A DNA stretch of 64,000 nucleotides from an uncultured Gammaproteobacteria bacterium. Its GTDB lineage: Bacteria; Patescibacteriota; Patescibacteriia; UBA11705; JABHMO01. Both the position numbers and the translations under genes were made by a program. The stretch's first letter is position 1, and each line of letters opens with the position of its first letter. The DNA is taken from NCBI GenBank assembly GCA_964362205.1, contig CAYIDA010000005.1:1-64000 (forward strand), written 5' to 3'. The notes under the pieces were generated by a model. It did not search any database and was not told where the DNA came from. It worked only from the letters and a program-made list of their open reading frames with translations. Shown here piece after piece: positions 18,896 to 27,462 of the stretch.

Positions 18896-21800
18896 ATGAA
18901 ATACACTCCTCTTCACGTCCACAGCCACTACAGTCTGCTCGACGGTTTGTCGAAGATTGATGATTTGGTTGATAAAGCCAAGGCAGACGGCATGACCAGC
19001 TTGGCCCTGACTGATCACGGCGTGATGTATGGCGCGATTGAATTTTATCAGAAATGTAAAGCCAACGGGATTAAACCGATTGTCGGAGTTGAAGCATATA
19101 TCGTGAATGATCGGAAACGCAAAGAGGCTGGCGAAGAACAAAGATTTCACGCGATTTTATTAGCCAAAAATTATGATGGATACAGAAATTTGATCAAACT
19201 GACCACCATCGCGCACCTTGAAGGATTTTATTATCGGCCGAGAATTGACTGGGAATTATTGGAGAAATACGGAAATAATATTATTTGTTTGACTGCATGT
19301 CTCGCCGGTGAAATTCCGCGAGCGATCCAAGCCGGATTAAACGATGAAAAAATTAAAGAAATTATTAAGAGATATCAAAAAGTTTTCGGGCAAGAAAATT
19401 TTTATTTGGAAGTTCAGCATCATCCGAATATTCCGGAGCAGAAAATTGTAAATAATAAAATTTTTGAGCTGGGCCGCAAACTGGACATCCCGATTGTCGC
19501 CACCAATGATAGTCATTATTTGGATAGCGAGGACGCGGAAGCGCATGATATTTTGATTTGCCTGCAAACTAAACATGTTCTCAGCGACACGAATCGCATG
19601 AGCTATCTCGGTGAAGATTTTTCTTTGCAAAATTCAGCGCAGATGTCAGATATTTGGCGCGGTAATTTGGAAGTGCTGGAAAACACAAATAAAGTCGCGG
19701 ATCAGTGTCAAATTGAAATTCCTCTCGGACAAATTCAGTTGCCGGTTTTTGAAGTACCTGTGGGAAAAACCGATTTTGAATATTTGGCTGAACTTTGTTA
19801 TGGCAATTTAATGGGTCGCTATAAATTCAGCGCGGATAAAGAAGGGTTGAGCGACAAAGAAAAAAAACTTATTGACCGAATTGAATACGAGCTCGGTGTG
19901 ATCAAACGCACCGGATATGCCTCGTATTTTTTGATTGTTCAAGACTTTGTGGTTTGGGCGAAGAACAATGGGATCATTGTTGGTCCGGGCAGAGGCTCGG
20001 CCGCCGGTAGTGTGGTTGCTTATTTATTGCACATTACGAACCTTGATCCGTTGCCGTATGATTTATTGTTTGAGAGATTTCTCAATCCTGATCGTATTTC
20101 CATGCCTGATATTGATATTGATTTTGCGGATGAGCGGCGCGACCAAGTGATCAGTTATGTTGAACAAAAATACGGCAAGGATCATGTCTCGCAGATTATC
20201 ACGTTTGGCACCATGGCCGCGAGAGCCGCGGTGCGCGATGTTGGTCGCGTGCTGGCTATGCCATACAGTTTTTGCGATCAAGTGGCCAAGCTTATTCCGG
20301 CGAATGAAACATTAAGCGAAGCGATTGAAAAAGTGGCTGAAGTTAAGGAGATTTACAAATCGAACAGTGAAGCAAAGCGTTTACTCGATTTTGCCAAAAA
20401 GCTGGAAGGCGTTGTTCGCCATGCTTCCACTCACGCGTGCGGCGTGGTGATTACTCGCGAGCCGGTGGATAATTATTGTCCGTGTCAATTCGCACGCGAC
20501 GAAAAGGAAGCGGTCATCACGCAATATTCGCTGCATCCAATTGAAGATTTGGGACTTTTAAAAATGGACTTTTTGGGTTTGAAGAATTTAACCATTATTG
20601 AGAGGGCGCGCGAGATTATAGAAAAAATTCATAACAAAAAAATAATTATTGACGAGATTCCGCTGGATGACAAGAAAGCTTATCAATTATTTCAAAAAGG
20701 CCAGACCACCGGCGTTTTTCAGTTTGAATCGAGCGGCATGAAAAAATATTTGAAACAATTGCGGCCAACCGAGTTTGAAGATTTGATTGCCATGGTGGCG
20801 CTCTATCGGCCGGGTCCACTCAATTCCGGCATGGTGGATGAATTCATCAGCCGCAAACACGGCGAAAAACAGATCAGCTACGCGCATTCGCTCATGAAAA
20901 ATTCTTTGCAGAATACTTACGGTGTGATCGTTTATCAGGAGCAGGTCATGCAATTGTCAAAAGACATGGCCGGCTACACCGGCGGGCAGGCGGACACTTT
21001 GCGCAAAGCCATGGGTAAGAAGATTGCCGAGCTCATGGAAAAAATGAAAAAAAGTTTCATTGAAGGTTGCGTGAAAAATAATATTTCCGAAAATATCGCG
21101 AAAGAAACCTTCACCAGTATGGAAAAGTTCGCGGAATATGGTTTCAATAAATCACACGCCGCCTGTTACGCGCTCATTGCTTATCAAACAGCTTATCTCA
21201 AAGCGAATTATCCGGCTGAATTCATGGCTTCTCTTCTGACTTCCGATCAGGATGATCTTGACCGTATTAGCGTTGAAATTGATGAATGCAAACAGCTCGG
21301 AATTGAAATCATGCCGCCCAGCATCATTGAAAGTTTTTCGACCTTTACGGTGGTGGCAGAATCATTGCAAGGAGAGAAGCCACGCATTCGTTTTGGTTTA
21401 AACGCGATCAGAAATGTCGGCGAGAATGTGGCCAAAGAGCTTATTCATGAACGAAAAAAAAGCGGAGATTATAAAAGTTTGGCTGATTTTTTGAGTCGCG
21501 TGGGCGGTTCGGTTCTGAATAAAAAATCTTTGGAAGGGCTGATCAAGAGTGGCGCGATGGATCAGTTCGGCCTACGGTCGCAACTGCTAGATAATATGGA
21601 CAAGATGCTGCTTTTTGTCAAAGAGGCGGAGAGCGGACGATCCAGTAAACAAATAAATATTTTTAATTTAAATAATAACGACAACTCTTCTTTACCGCAA
21701 CTGGTTTTAAGGCCGTCGACCGATCTACCGAGCGGGCAATTGCTGTCATGGGAAAAAGAATTTCTTGGTTTATACGTGTCGCAACACCCGTTCAATGAGT

Positions 21801-22429
21801 TTGAAAAAGAGCTTCATGATTATGTGGTACCGATCACCGCGCTGGTTGATTGCGAGGAAAACAGAATGCTTCGAGTCGGCGGCGTGATTTCAACCATTAA
21901 GAAAATTATTACGAAAAAAGGAGATCCCATGTTGTTTGTTACGCTTGAAGATGCTTTGCGGGCGGTGGAATGTTTGATTTTCCCGAAATTGTACAAGCAG
22001 TATGAACAGCTCTGGGTTCCCGGCGCGGTCATTGTGATTGAAGGGGCGTTGTCGTTAAAAGAAGGAGCGCCGAAAATTTTAGGCAATAAGGTTTGGCCGC
22101 TCAATCAAGAAACGCTCGCCAATATAAAAAAAGATTTGTCAGTGGGGCCGGTCGCTCGCGAACAAAACCATTATCGCAGGTTTGATAAAAATGAAAGTGT
22201 GGTAGTTCCGGTAAGACCGCAAGGACAATTGGTGATCAATTACCCTCATGGCGCCAGCAAAGATTTCGCGGATAAAGCCAAGATGCTTTTTATGGCCATT
22301 CCGGGAAAAGTCCAAGTAATCTTAAAAGTTCAGGACAAATTGATAAAAACCAATTTTTTGATAGAATTTAACAATGAAATAAAAACTCGGTTAGAGTCTG
22401 TTTTTGGCGCAAATTGCGTTAACGGTTGA
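18896..22429 (+). CDS. dnaE: DNA polymerase III alpha subunit
   Basis: PHP domain (HVHSHYSLLDG), polymerase core and OB fold. 1177 aa. Confidence 0.95.
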   Translation: MKYTPLHVHSHYSLLDGLSKIDDLVDKAKADGMTSLALTDHGVMYGAIEFYQKCKANGIKPIVGVEAYIVNDRKRKEAGEEQRFHAILLAKNYDGYRNLIKLTTIAHLEGFYYRPRIDWELLEKYGNNIICLTACLAGEIPRAIQAGLNDEKIKEIIKRYQKVFGQENFYLEVQHHPNIPEQKIVNNKIFELGRKLDIPIVATNDSHYLDSEDAEAHDILICLQTKHVLSDTNRMSYLGEDFSLQNSAQMSDIWRGNLEVLENTNKVADQCQIEIPLGQIQLPVFEVPVGKTDFEYLAELCYGNLMGRYKFSADKEGLSDKEKKLIDRIEYELGVIKRTGYASYFLIVQDFVVWAKNNGIIVGPGRGSAAGSVVAYLLHITNLDPLPYDLLFERFLNPDRISMPDIDIDFADERRDQVISYVEQKYGKDHVSQIITFGTMAARAAVRDVGRVLAMPYSFCDQVAKLIPANETLSEAIEKVAEVKEIYKSNSEAKRLLDFAKKLEGVVRHASTHACGVVITREPVDNYCPCQFARDEKEAVITQYSLHPIEDLGLLKMDFLGLKNLTIIERAREIIEKIHNKKIIIDEIPLDDKKAYQLFQKGQTTGVFQFESSGMKKYLKQLRPTEFEDLIAMVALYRPGPLNSGMVDEFISRKHGEKQISYAHSLMKNSLQNTYGVIVYQEQVMQLSKDMAGYTGGQADTLRKAMGKKIAELMEKMKKSFIEGCVKNNISENIAKETFTSMEKFAEYGFNKSHAACYALIAYQTAYLKANYPAEFMASLLTSDQDDLDRISVEIDECKQLGIEIMPPSIIESFSTFTVVAESLQGEKPRIRFGLNAIRNVGENVAKELIHERKKSGDYKSLADFLSRVGGSVLNKKSLEGLIKSGAMDQFGLRSQLLDNMDKMLLFVKEAESGRSSKQINIFNLNNNDNSSLPQLVLRPSTDLPSGQLLSWEKEFLGLYVSQHPFNEFEKELHDYVVPITALVDCEENRMLRVGGVISTIKKIITKKGDPMLFVTLEDALRAVECLIFPKLYKQYEQLWVPGAVIVIEGALSLKEGAPKILGNKVWPLNQETLANIKKDLSVGPVAREQNHYRRFDKNESVVVPVRPQGQLVINYPHGASKDFADKAKMLFMAIPGKVQVILKVQDKLIKTNFLIEFNNEIKTRLESVFGANCVNG

Positions 22430-22463
22430 GTTGCATTTATCTGTAGATTTGGTAAGCTATTAA

Positions 22464-22603
22464 GGGCTACAAATTACAAATCGTACAAATGTTACAAATT
22501 ACGAATTGTACGAATGTAATGTTGTGAATGGATTTGAAGTGGATTGGTAAGATTTGTATTATCTGTAATTTGTAACATTTGTACGATTTGTAATGTGTAA
22601 CGA
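22464..22603. repeat. Inverted-repeat leader (family F2: gctacaaattacaaatcgtacaaat words), copy a
   Basis: Left arm gggctacaaattacaaatcgtacaaatgttacaaattacgaattgtacgaatgtaatg. Right arm ttgtattatctgtaatttgtaacatttgtacgatttgtaatgtgtaacg. Confidence 0.75.
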
Positions 22604-22642
22604 AAAATTTTTCACCTTTGATTCTAATTTATAAAAATTTTT

Positions 22643-23788
22643 ATGTATTTAAGAAAACACCCGGGAGTAACAGAGGGTTATAAAAAAATGATTTTAGGTT
22701 TTGTTATCGTGACGGTACTGCTCGTCGGCGTGATTATTTATTTTTCCGCCAGCCGAGCGGTCATCGGAATCGTGCCAAAAGGGAAAACAGTGGAAACTGA
22801 TTTTGTGGCTGATGTCGCGACCGATGGCGGAGGAAATCAAGCAGAAGTTTTTCAGGGCGTGTTAAAAGAAATGGAACTTGTGGGAGAGCTCGAGGGTGAC
22901 GCGACCGGTTCGCAGATTTTGAATGGCAATACGATCGGCAAAGTGACTTTGTTCAATAAACGACCTGAAGCGCAAACTTTAGTGAAGACCACGCGTCTTC
23001 TAAGCAAGGACAATGTTTTATTACGATTGACGAATCAAGTGGTGATTCCGGCGAATGGCCAGATCGAAGCTGATGTTTACGCTGATAATCCTAATTCTTT
23101 TCAGGAAATGGCGCCCACCTCTTTTATTATCCCAGGACTTTGGGAGGGGATTCAAGATAAGGTTTATGCTCAAAACAAGAGCGCTTTGAAAAGTACAGGC
23201 ACGGCCGTGAAAGTGGTCAAGGACGTTGACATCACCCGCGTTGAAGAAGAACTCACGAACAAATTGTATGATCAAGCGATTGAACAATTTAAGAAACAAG
23301 CGCCGGATCAGAATTTCGTGACGTTTGTTGTTTCTAAAAAAGTTATTGAGAAGCAGGTGGTGCCGGCAGCGGAAACCGTGCAGGACAAAGTTAAAGTTTC
23401 TTTGAAAGTGAGCGTTGCTCTCGTGGCCATCAATCAAAATGAAATTGTTAATAAGGCTGGTGAGCGTCTTAAGGGCGTGGTGCCGACCGGTTATGATCTC
23501 ATGAATCTTGATGTTGATAAATTTGTTTACACTGTGCAAGCGTTTGATGAGCAAAAGAAAACCGCGAACGTTAAAGTTCATGTCATTGGTGAGGCGGTTG
23601 TCAAAGCGGACAATGAAATTTTCAATAAAGACAAAATCGCCGGTTTAAGTCCGAAAGGCGTTGAACTTTATTTATCAAATTTTGAAGAAGTTGAAGCAGT
23701 CAGCGTGGAATTATCGCCATTCTGGGTAAAAAAAGTGCCGGGTTTGCGCGATCATATTGAAATCGTGGTAGTGAGTCCGTCGAAGTAG
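22643..23788 (+). CDS. Membrane-anchored hypothetical protein
   Basis: 381-aa ORF with an N-terminal TM segment. No recognised domain. Confidence 0.75.
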   Translation: MYLRKHPGVTEGYKKMILGFVIVTVLLVGVIIYFSASRAVIGIVPKGKTVETDFVADVATDGGGNQAEVFQGVLKEMELVGELEGDATGSQILNGNTIGKVTLFNKRPEAQTLVKTTRLLSKDNVLLRLTNQVVIPANGQIEADVYADNPNSFQEMAPTSFIIPGLWEGIQDKVYAQNKSALKSTGTAVKVVKDVDITRVEEELTNKLYDQAIEQFKKQAPDQNFVTFVVSKKVIEKQVVPAAETVQDKVKVSLKVSVALVAINQNEIVNKAGERLKGVVPTGYDLMNLDVDKFVYTVQAFDEQKKTANVKVHVIGEAVVKADNEIFNKDKIAGLSPKGVELYLSNFEEVEAVSVELSPFWVKKVPGLRDHIEIVVVSPSK

Positions 23789-23811
23789 TGTTACAATTTA
23801 AACATAATTAT

Positions 23812-24036
23812 ATGAAAAATCTACACTTAACAAGCTACATAGAAAAAGACGAAGATGGTGTGTTTATTGGATCTATACCGGCTATTCCCAGTTGCTATGC
23901 TCAAGGAAAAACTCAAGAAGAAATGCTGAAAAATTTAAATGAGGTTTTACGGCTTTGCCTGCGAAACACCAGTCAAGGAAATTTGAGGAGAACCAAATTT
24001 ATAGGCATACAGAATATAGAAATTTCCTATGCCTAA
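23812..24036 (+). CDS. hicB: HicB-family (UPF0150) antitoxin
   Basis: LTSYIEKDEDGVFIGSIPAIPSCYAQGKTQEEMLKNLNEVLRLCL matches the UPF0150/HicB pattern. The ORF opens at GTG 23788. The first ATG is at 23812. Confidence 0.7.
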   Translation: MKNLHLTSYIEKDEDGVFIGSIPAIPSCYAQGKTQEEMLKNLNEVLRLCLRNTSQGNLRRTKFIGIQNIEISYA

Positions 24037-24253
24037 ATTGGTTCCAATTAAACCAAAAAGGTTAATAAAAATCATACTCGGTTTAGGCTTCAGACAACGT
24101 GATGCCGAAGGCTCGCATATTTTTTTTCGCCATCTCGACGGTCGAACCACGGTTATTCCAATACATGCTAACGAAATCAGCAGAGGTCTTTTGAGAAAAA
24201 TTTTGAACGATGTTCAGTTGTCAATTGAGGAATACGATGTCCTGAGAAAATAA
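24029..24253 (+). CDS. hicA: HicA-family mRNA interferase toxin
   Basis: MPKLVPIKPKRLIKIILGLGFRQRDAEGSHIFFRHLDGRTTVIPIH is the HicA/YcfA fold. It overlaps hicB by 8 nt. Confidence 0.75.
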   Translation: MPKLVPIKPKRLIKIILGLGFRQRDAEGSHIFFRHLDGRTTVIPIHANEISRGLLRKILNDVQLSIEEYDVLRK

Positions 24254-24463
24254 GTTATGGTTTATTGCGATGCGTGTTATTGACGAAGAAATATATTTTT
24301 AGTACAATTAAAGTGTTCAAGAAATTGGGTCAGCTACCAACTGATTAACCGTCCACCTTCGCATAAAGCTCCGGTGGATCGGTTGAACCAATGTTTTGAT
24401 GAATTAAGAGCTCTGGAATCTGATTTTCCGGAGAACTTGGGTGGGACCCCCCGCAATTTGTGG

Positions 24464-24497
24464 GGCCCAAGGCATAGAGCCTTGGGTTTTTGTTTTA
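24464..24497 (+). terminator. Rho-independent terminator on the + strand
   Basis: Stem cccaaggc / gccttggg with loop atag, followed by tttttgtttt. It lies ~210 nt after the hicA stop. Confidence 0.7.
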
Positions 24498-24519
24498 ATA
24501 ACAAGCTGTTAGAAACGAG

Positions 24520-24772
24520 AGCGTTGTATACATTTTTACCCTTTAACACTCTTATTTGATTTACGGTGATTACGTTGCATTTCACGGGGTCTGGGGTGAA
24601 CTCTTGCCACTTTCAGCACCACGAAAGATGATAGAACCACGCAATTGTGAACCCCAGCGCTTTTGCCTACTTTTGGCGTCAAAAGTAGGTCTGCGAAGCA
24701 TCGCGATAAACTAATTTGTTGGGATATTCATTGAATCCATAGATTAAACTGTAAACAACGCTACCAATTCTT
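24520..24772 (-). repeat. ~250-bp TIR-flanked structured element, copy B (paralogue of 6150-6423; minus-strand orientation)
   Basis: The reverse complement aligns with copy A. Both 5' blocks read agtttaatctat(a/g)gattcaatgaatat(t/c)cc(g/a)acaaatt(g/a)gtttatcgc. Both 3' blocks read ccagaccccgtgaaatgcaa(t/c)gtaatcac. They share ttttgacgcc and agagttcacc. The TIRs are AGCGTTGTATACAT and GTAAACAACGCT. Confidence 0.6.
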
Positions 24773-24791
24773 ACAAATAAGTCTTAATTTT

Positions 24792-26591
24792 ATGAACAAC
24801 AATTTAGAAACAATGCGTCATTCACTTAGCCACGTCATGGCGCAGGCAGTGCTTAAATTTTTTCCTGATGTGAAATTAACGATCGGCCCCCCGATTGACA
24901 ATGGCTTTTATTATGATTTTGATTTAGGCGAAAAATCTTTTACGAAAGATGATTTGAAAAGAATTGAAAAAGAGATGAGAAAAATTGTCAGAGAAGATCA
25001 AGCGTTTGAACAGTTTTCGTTGTCAGCAGAAGAAGCGCTCAAAAAACTGGCGGATAATCCGTATAAACAAGAATTGATCGAAGAGCTTGTTAAACAAGGA
25101 GAAACTCAAATTAGTTTTTACAAAAACATCAACAAACAAGGCGAAATTGTTTTTGAAGATATGTGCCGCGGACCGCACCTTGAATCAACGGGCGGGGCTG
25201 GCGCGTTTAAACTGCACAAACTGGCCGGCGCGTATTGGCGCGGAGATGAGAAAAATAAAATGTTGCAAAGAATATACGCCCTGGCGTTTGAAACCGAGGA
25301 AGAGATTGAAAAATATTTGATTCTGCTCGCGGAAGCGGAAAAAAGAGACCACCGCGTCATCGGCAAAGACTTGTTTTTGCTTGATCCGCAAGTTGGCATG
25401 GGTCTCGCCATGTGGAAACCAAAAGGCGGCCAACTTTGGCGCACGATTGAAGATTTTTGGTATAAAGCGCATCTTGATAACGGTTATGAACTGGTTCGTT
25501 CTCCGCATATCGGCAGCCGCGCTTTGTGGGAGACGAGCGGCCACTGGAATTTTTACAATGACAGCATGTATCCGGTGCTTGAAGTCAGTAAATCACTCAA
25601 AGAAATGCAGACCGGCGCAGTGGTTGATCGCCCGAAAGAAGAGTATTTATTAAAACCAATGAACTGCCCGTTCCATGTTCGGCTTTATAAATCAGAGAAA
25701 TGGTCATATCGCGATTTGCCATTGCGCTGGGCGGAATGCGGCACGGTTTATCGTTACGAAAAGTCCGGCGAATTGTCGGGACTAACTCGCGTGCGCGGAT
25801 TTACGCAGGATGACGCGCATATCATTTGTTCAAAAAAACAAGTTGAAGAAGAATTGAAACGCGTGGCCAATTTCGTTAAATATATTTTTGATACGTTCGG
25901 TTTCAAGGATTATAAAATTTATTTATCCCTTAGTGATCCGAACAATATGAGTAAATATGCCGGCGACAAAGAGGGTTGGCAGTTTACAGAAACGGTTTTA
26001 GAAAAGGTGGCCAAGGAATTGGGCATTCCTTATGAAAAAGAAATCGGCGAAGCGGCGTTTTACGGACCGAAACTGGATTATAAAGTGAAAGACGCGCTGG
26101 GGCGCGAGTGGCAATGTTCTACTTTGCAGTTTGATTTTAATTTGCCGGAACGTTTTGATATGACTTTCACCAATGATGAGGGACAAGAAGAACGGCCATA
26201 CATGTTGCATCGAGCTTTGTTTGGTTCGTTTGAAAGATTCATGGGATTGCTGATTGAACATTACAGCGCGGCTTTTCCACTGTGGCTTTCGCCGGTGCAA
26301 GTAAAAGTCTTGTCGGTTTCGGAAAAATTCAATGATTATGCCAGTGAAGTGGTGTCTGCTCTCAAAAAGAAAAGCATCAGGGTTAAGTTGGCTGATGATG
26401 GCGATTCATTACCCAAGAAAGTTCGCAACGGAGAAAAAGAAAAAATTCCTTATCTTTTAGTTGTTGGAGAAAAGGAAGTCGCTGATAGAACGGTCGCGGT
26501 CAGAAAACGCGGTCAAGGCGATCTTGGACCGCAAATATTGGCTGATTTCGTTGAGCTTGTTTCACGAGAAAACGAAGAGCGAGTAATTTAA
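24792..26591 (+). CDS. thrS: Threonyl-tRNA synthetase
   Basis: N-terminal HSLSHVMAQAV (second additional domain), class II core and anticodon-binding domain. 599 aa. Confidence 0.95.
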   Translation: MNNNLETMRHSLSHVMAQAVLKFFPDVKLTIGPPIDNGFYYDFDLGEKSFTKDDLKRIEKEMRKIVREDQAFEQFSLSAEEALKKLADNPYKQELIEELVKQGETQISFYKNINKQGEIVFEDMCRGPHLESTGGAGAFKLHKLAGAYWRGDEKNKMLQRIYALAFETEEEIEKYLILLAEAEKRDHRVIGKDLFLLDPQVGMGLAMWKPKGGQLWRTIEDFWYKAHLDNGYELVRSPHIGSRALWETSGHWNFYNDSMYPVLEVSKSLKEMQTGAVVDRPKEEYLLKPMNCPFHVRLYKSEKWSYRDLPLRWAECGTVYRYEKSGELSGLTRVRGFTQDDAHIICSKKQVEEELKRVANFVKYIFDTFGFKDYKIYLSLSDPNNMSKYAGDKEGWQFTETVLEKVAKELGIPYEKEIGEAAFYGPKLDYKVKDALGREWQCSTLQFDFNLPERFDMTFTNDEGQEERPYMLHRALFGSFERFMGLLIEHYSAAFPLWLSPVQVKVLSVSEKFNDYASEVVSALKKKSIRVKLADDGDSLPKKVRNGEKEKIPYLLVVGEKEVADRTVAVRKRGQGDLGPQILADFVELVSRENEERVI

Positions 26592-26609
26592 ATAATTGGA
26601 AAATTAAAA

Positions 26610-26645
26610 AGCGGGCTGAATTTGATTCAGCCCGTTTTGATTTAT
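26610..26645. terminator. Bidirectional rho-independent terminator
   Basis: Stem cgggctga / tcagcccg, with T-runs on both sides. It sits between convergent thrS and 26677-27330. Confidence 0.75.
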
Positions 26646-26676
26646 GGTTTACCATGAACCGAACCGGAGTTCTGGT

Positions 26677-27330
26677 TCAGGGCAGACGGTCAACGCTGAC
26701 GCGTTTTGATTTGTTTGTTTTTTTTGTCGCTTCGGCAAAATCTTTTTCATGTTGCTTGCGATACATGCGCAAGACAATAAAAAAGTACATTTCACCTTTG
26801 ACCAATTTCAGCGGCACTTCAGGCGGCTCCACCGGTTTCGCGAATTCGTCTTTCAGAAAAAGGACTCGGTTGGTTCGTTGTTCTGGAGAAACCTTGAAAT
26901 TCACGTGCGCAGTCATGAAGTCAAAGCGAGGAATCAATTCCTCTTCTTCAATTATTGCGTTCATCCAGAGAGCTTCTTCTTTTTTAGCGAGCTGGTTGGC
27001 GGTCGGCTTTGGGGGTTCAGTATATTCATTCATGACATCGAGTACAGTGTCCGTGTCAACAAACGGCAGGAGCGTGCGTAGGGGCTCGGTGGCTCTGCAA
27101 ATTTTGGCGTGTTCCTGCCAACTGATCAGAGCGTCTCTGCCTGGACGTTTTCTAGGCAGTTTGCCGAGATAGGACAGTATTGGATCACGGCGCGGCTCTT
27201 CTGCTACTGGTGTTGGAACCAATGTTTTGGTTTTTTTTTCAATTGGCGACAAGGAATAATCGGTTGGCGGACGTCGCTTTTTAAGGGCAAGTTTTATAAC
27301 CTTGCCATCAGTTTTATCTTGGCCGGTCAT
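26677..27330 (-). CDS. Hypothetical protein
   Basis: ATG at 27330 (MTGQDK...) is preceded by GGAGGAGG. The overlapping +-strand ORF 26654-27172 has no RBS and is rejected. Confidence 0.7.
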   Translation of the reverse strand: MTGQDKTDGKVIKLALKKRRPPTDYSLSPIEKKTKTLVPTPVAEEPRRDPILSYLGKLPRKRPGRDALISWQEHAKICRATEPLRTLLPFVDTDTVLDVMNEYTEPPKPTANQLAKKEEALWMNAIIEEEELIPRFDFMTAHVNFKVSPEQRTNRVLFLKDEFAKPVEPPEVPLKLVKGEMYFFIVLRMYRKQHEKDFAEATKKTNKSKRVSVDRLP

Positions 27331-27462
27331 CGTTACCTCCTCCTTTGATTCTAGCTCATTCAAGGAACATTTATAGGTTAAAACATTATGACAAAGATTA
27401 ATTAAGTTGTCAAGCTCTTGGTTTTTTCTTAAATTATGCTACAATAATTGCAGGTTTTAAAG

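Noticed and set aside
24334-24585. ORFs 24334-24585(-) and 24374-24559(+)
   Set aside because: Mutually overlapping antisense ORFs within a hairpin-rich non-coding interval containing a terminator. No RBS.
24254-24790. tmRNA, RNase P RNA or SRP RNA identity for the structured regions (also tested for 6150-6423)
   Set aside because: No GGGG...tag-ORF...T-arm-CCA layout. No GGAAAGUCCGG or ACAGAAxCCGGCUUA P4 motifs. No SRP domain-IV AGCA/GGAA symmetric loop. The tRNA-like fragments are in the wrong order for a tRNA.
26654-27172. +-strand ORF overlapping the minus-strand gene 26677-27330
   Set aside because: The minus-strand frame has a GGAGGAGG RBS and a sensible terminator. The +-strand ORF has neither and is Ser/Arg/Cys-rich.
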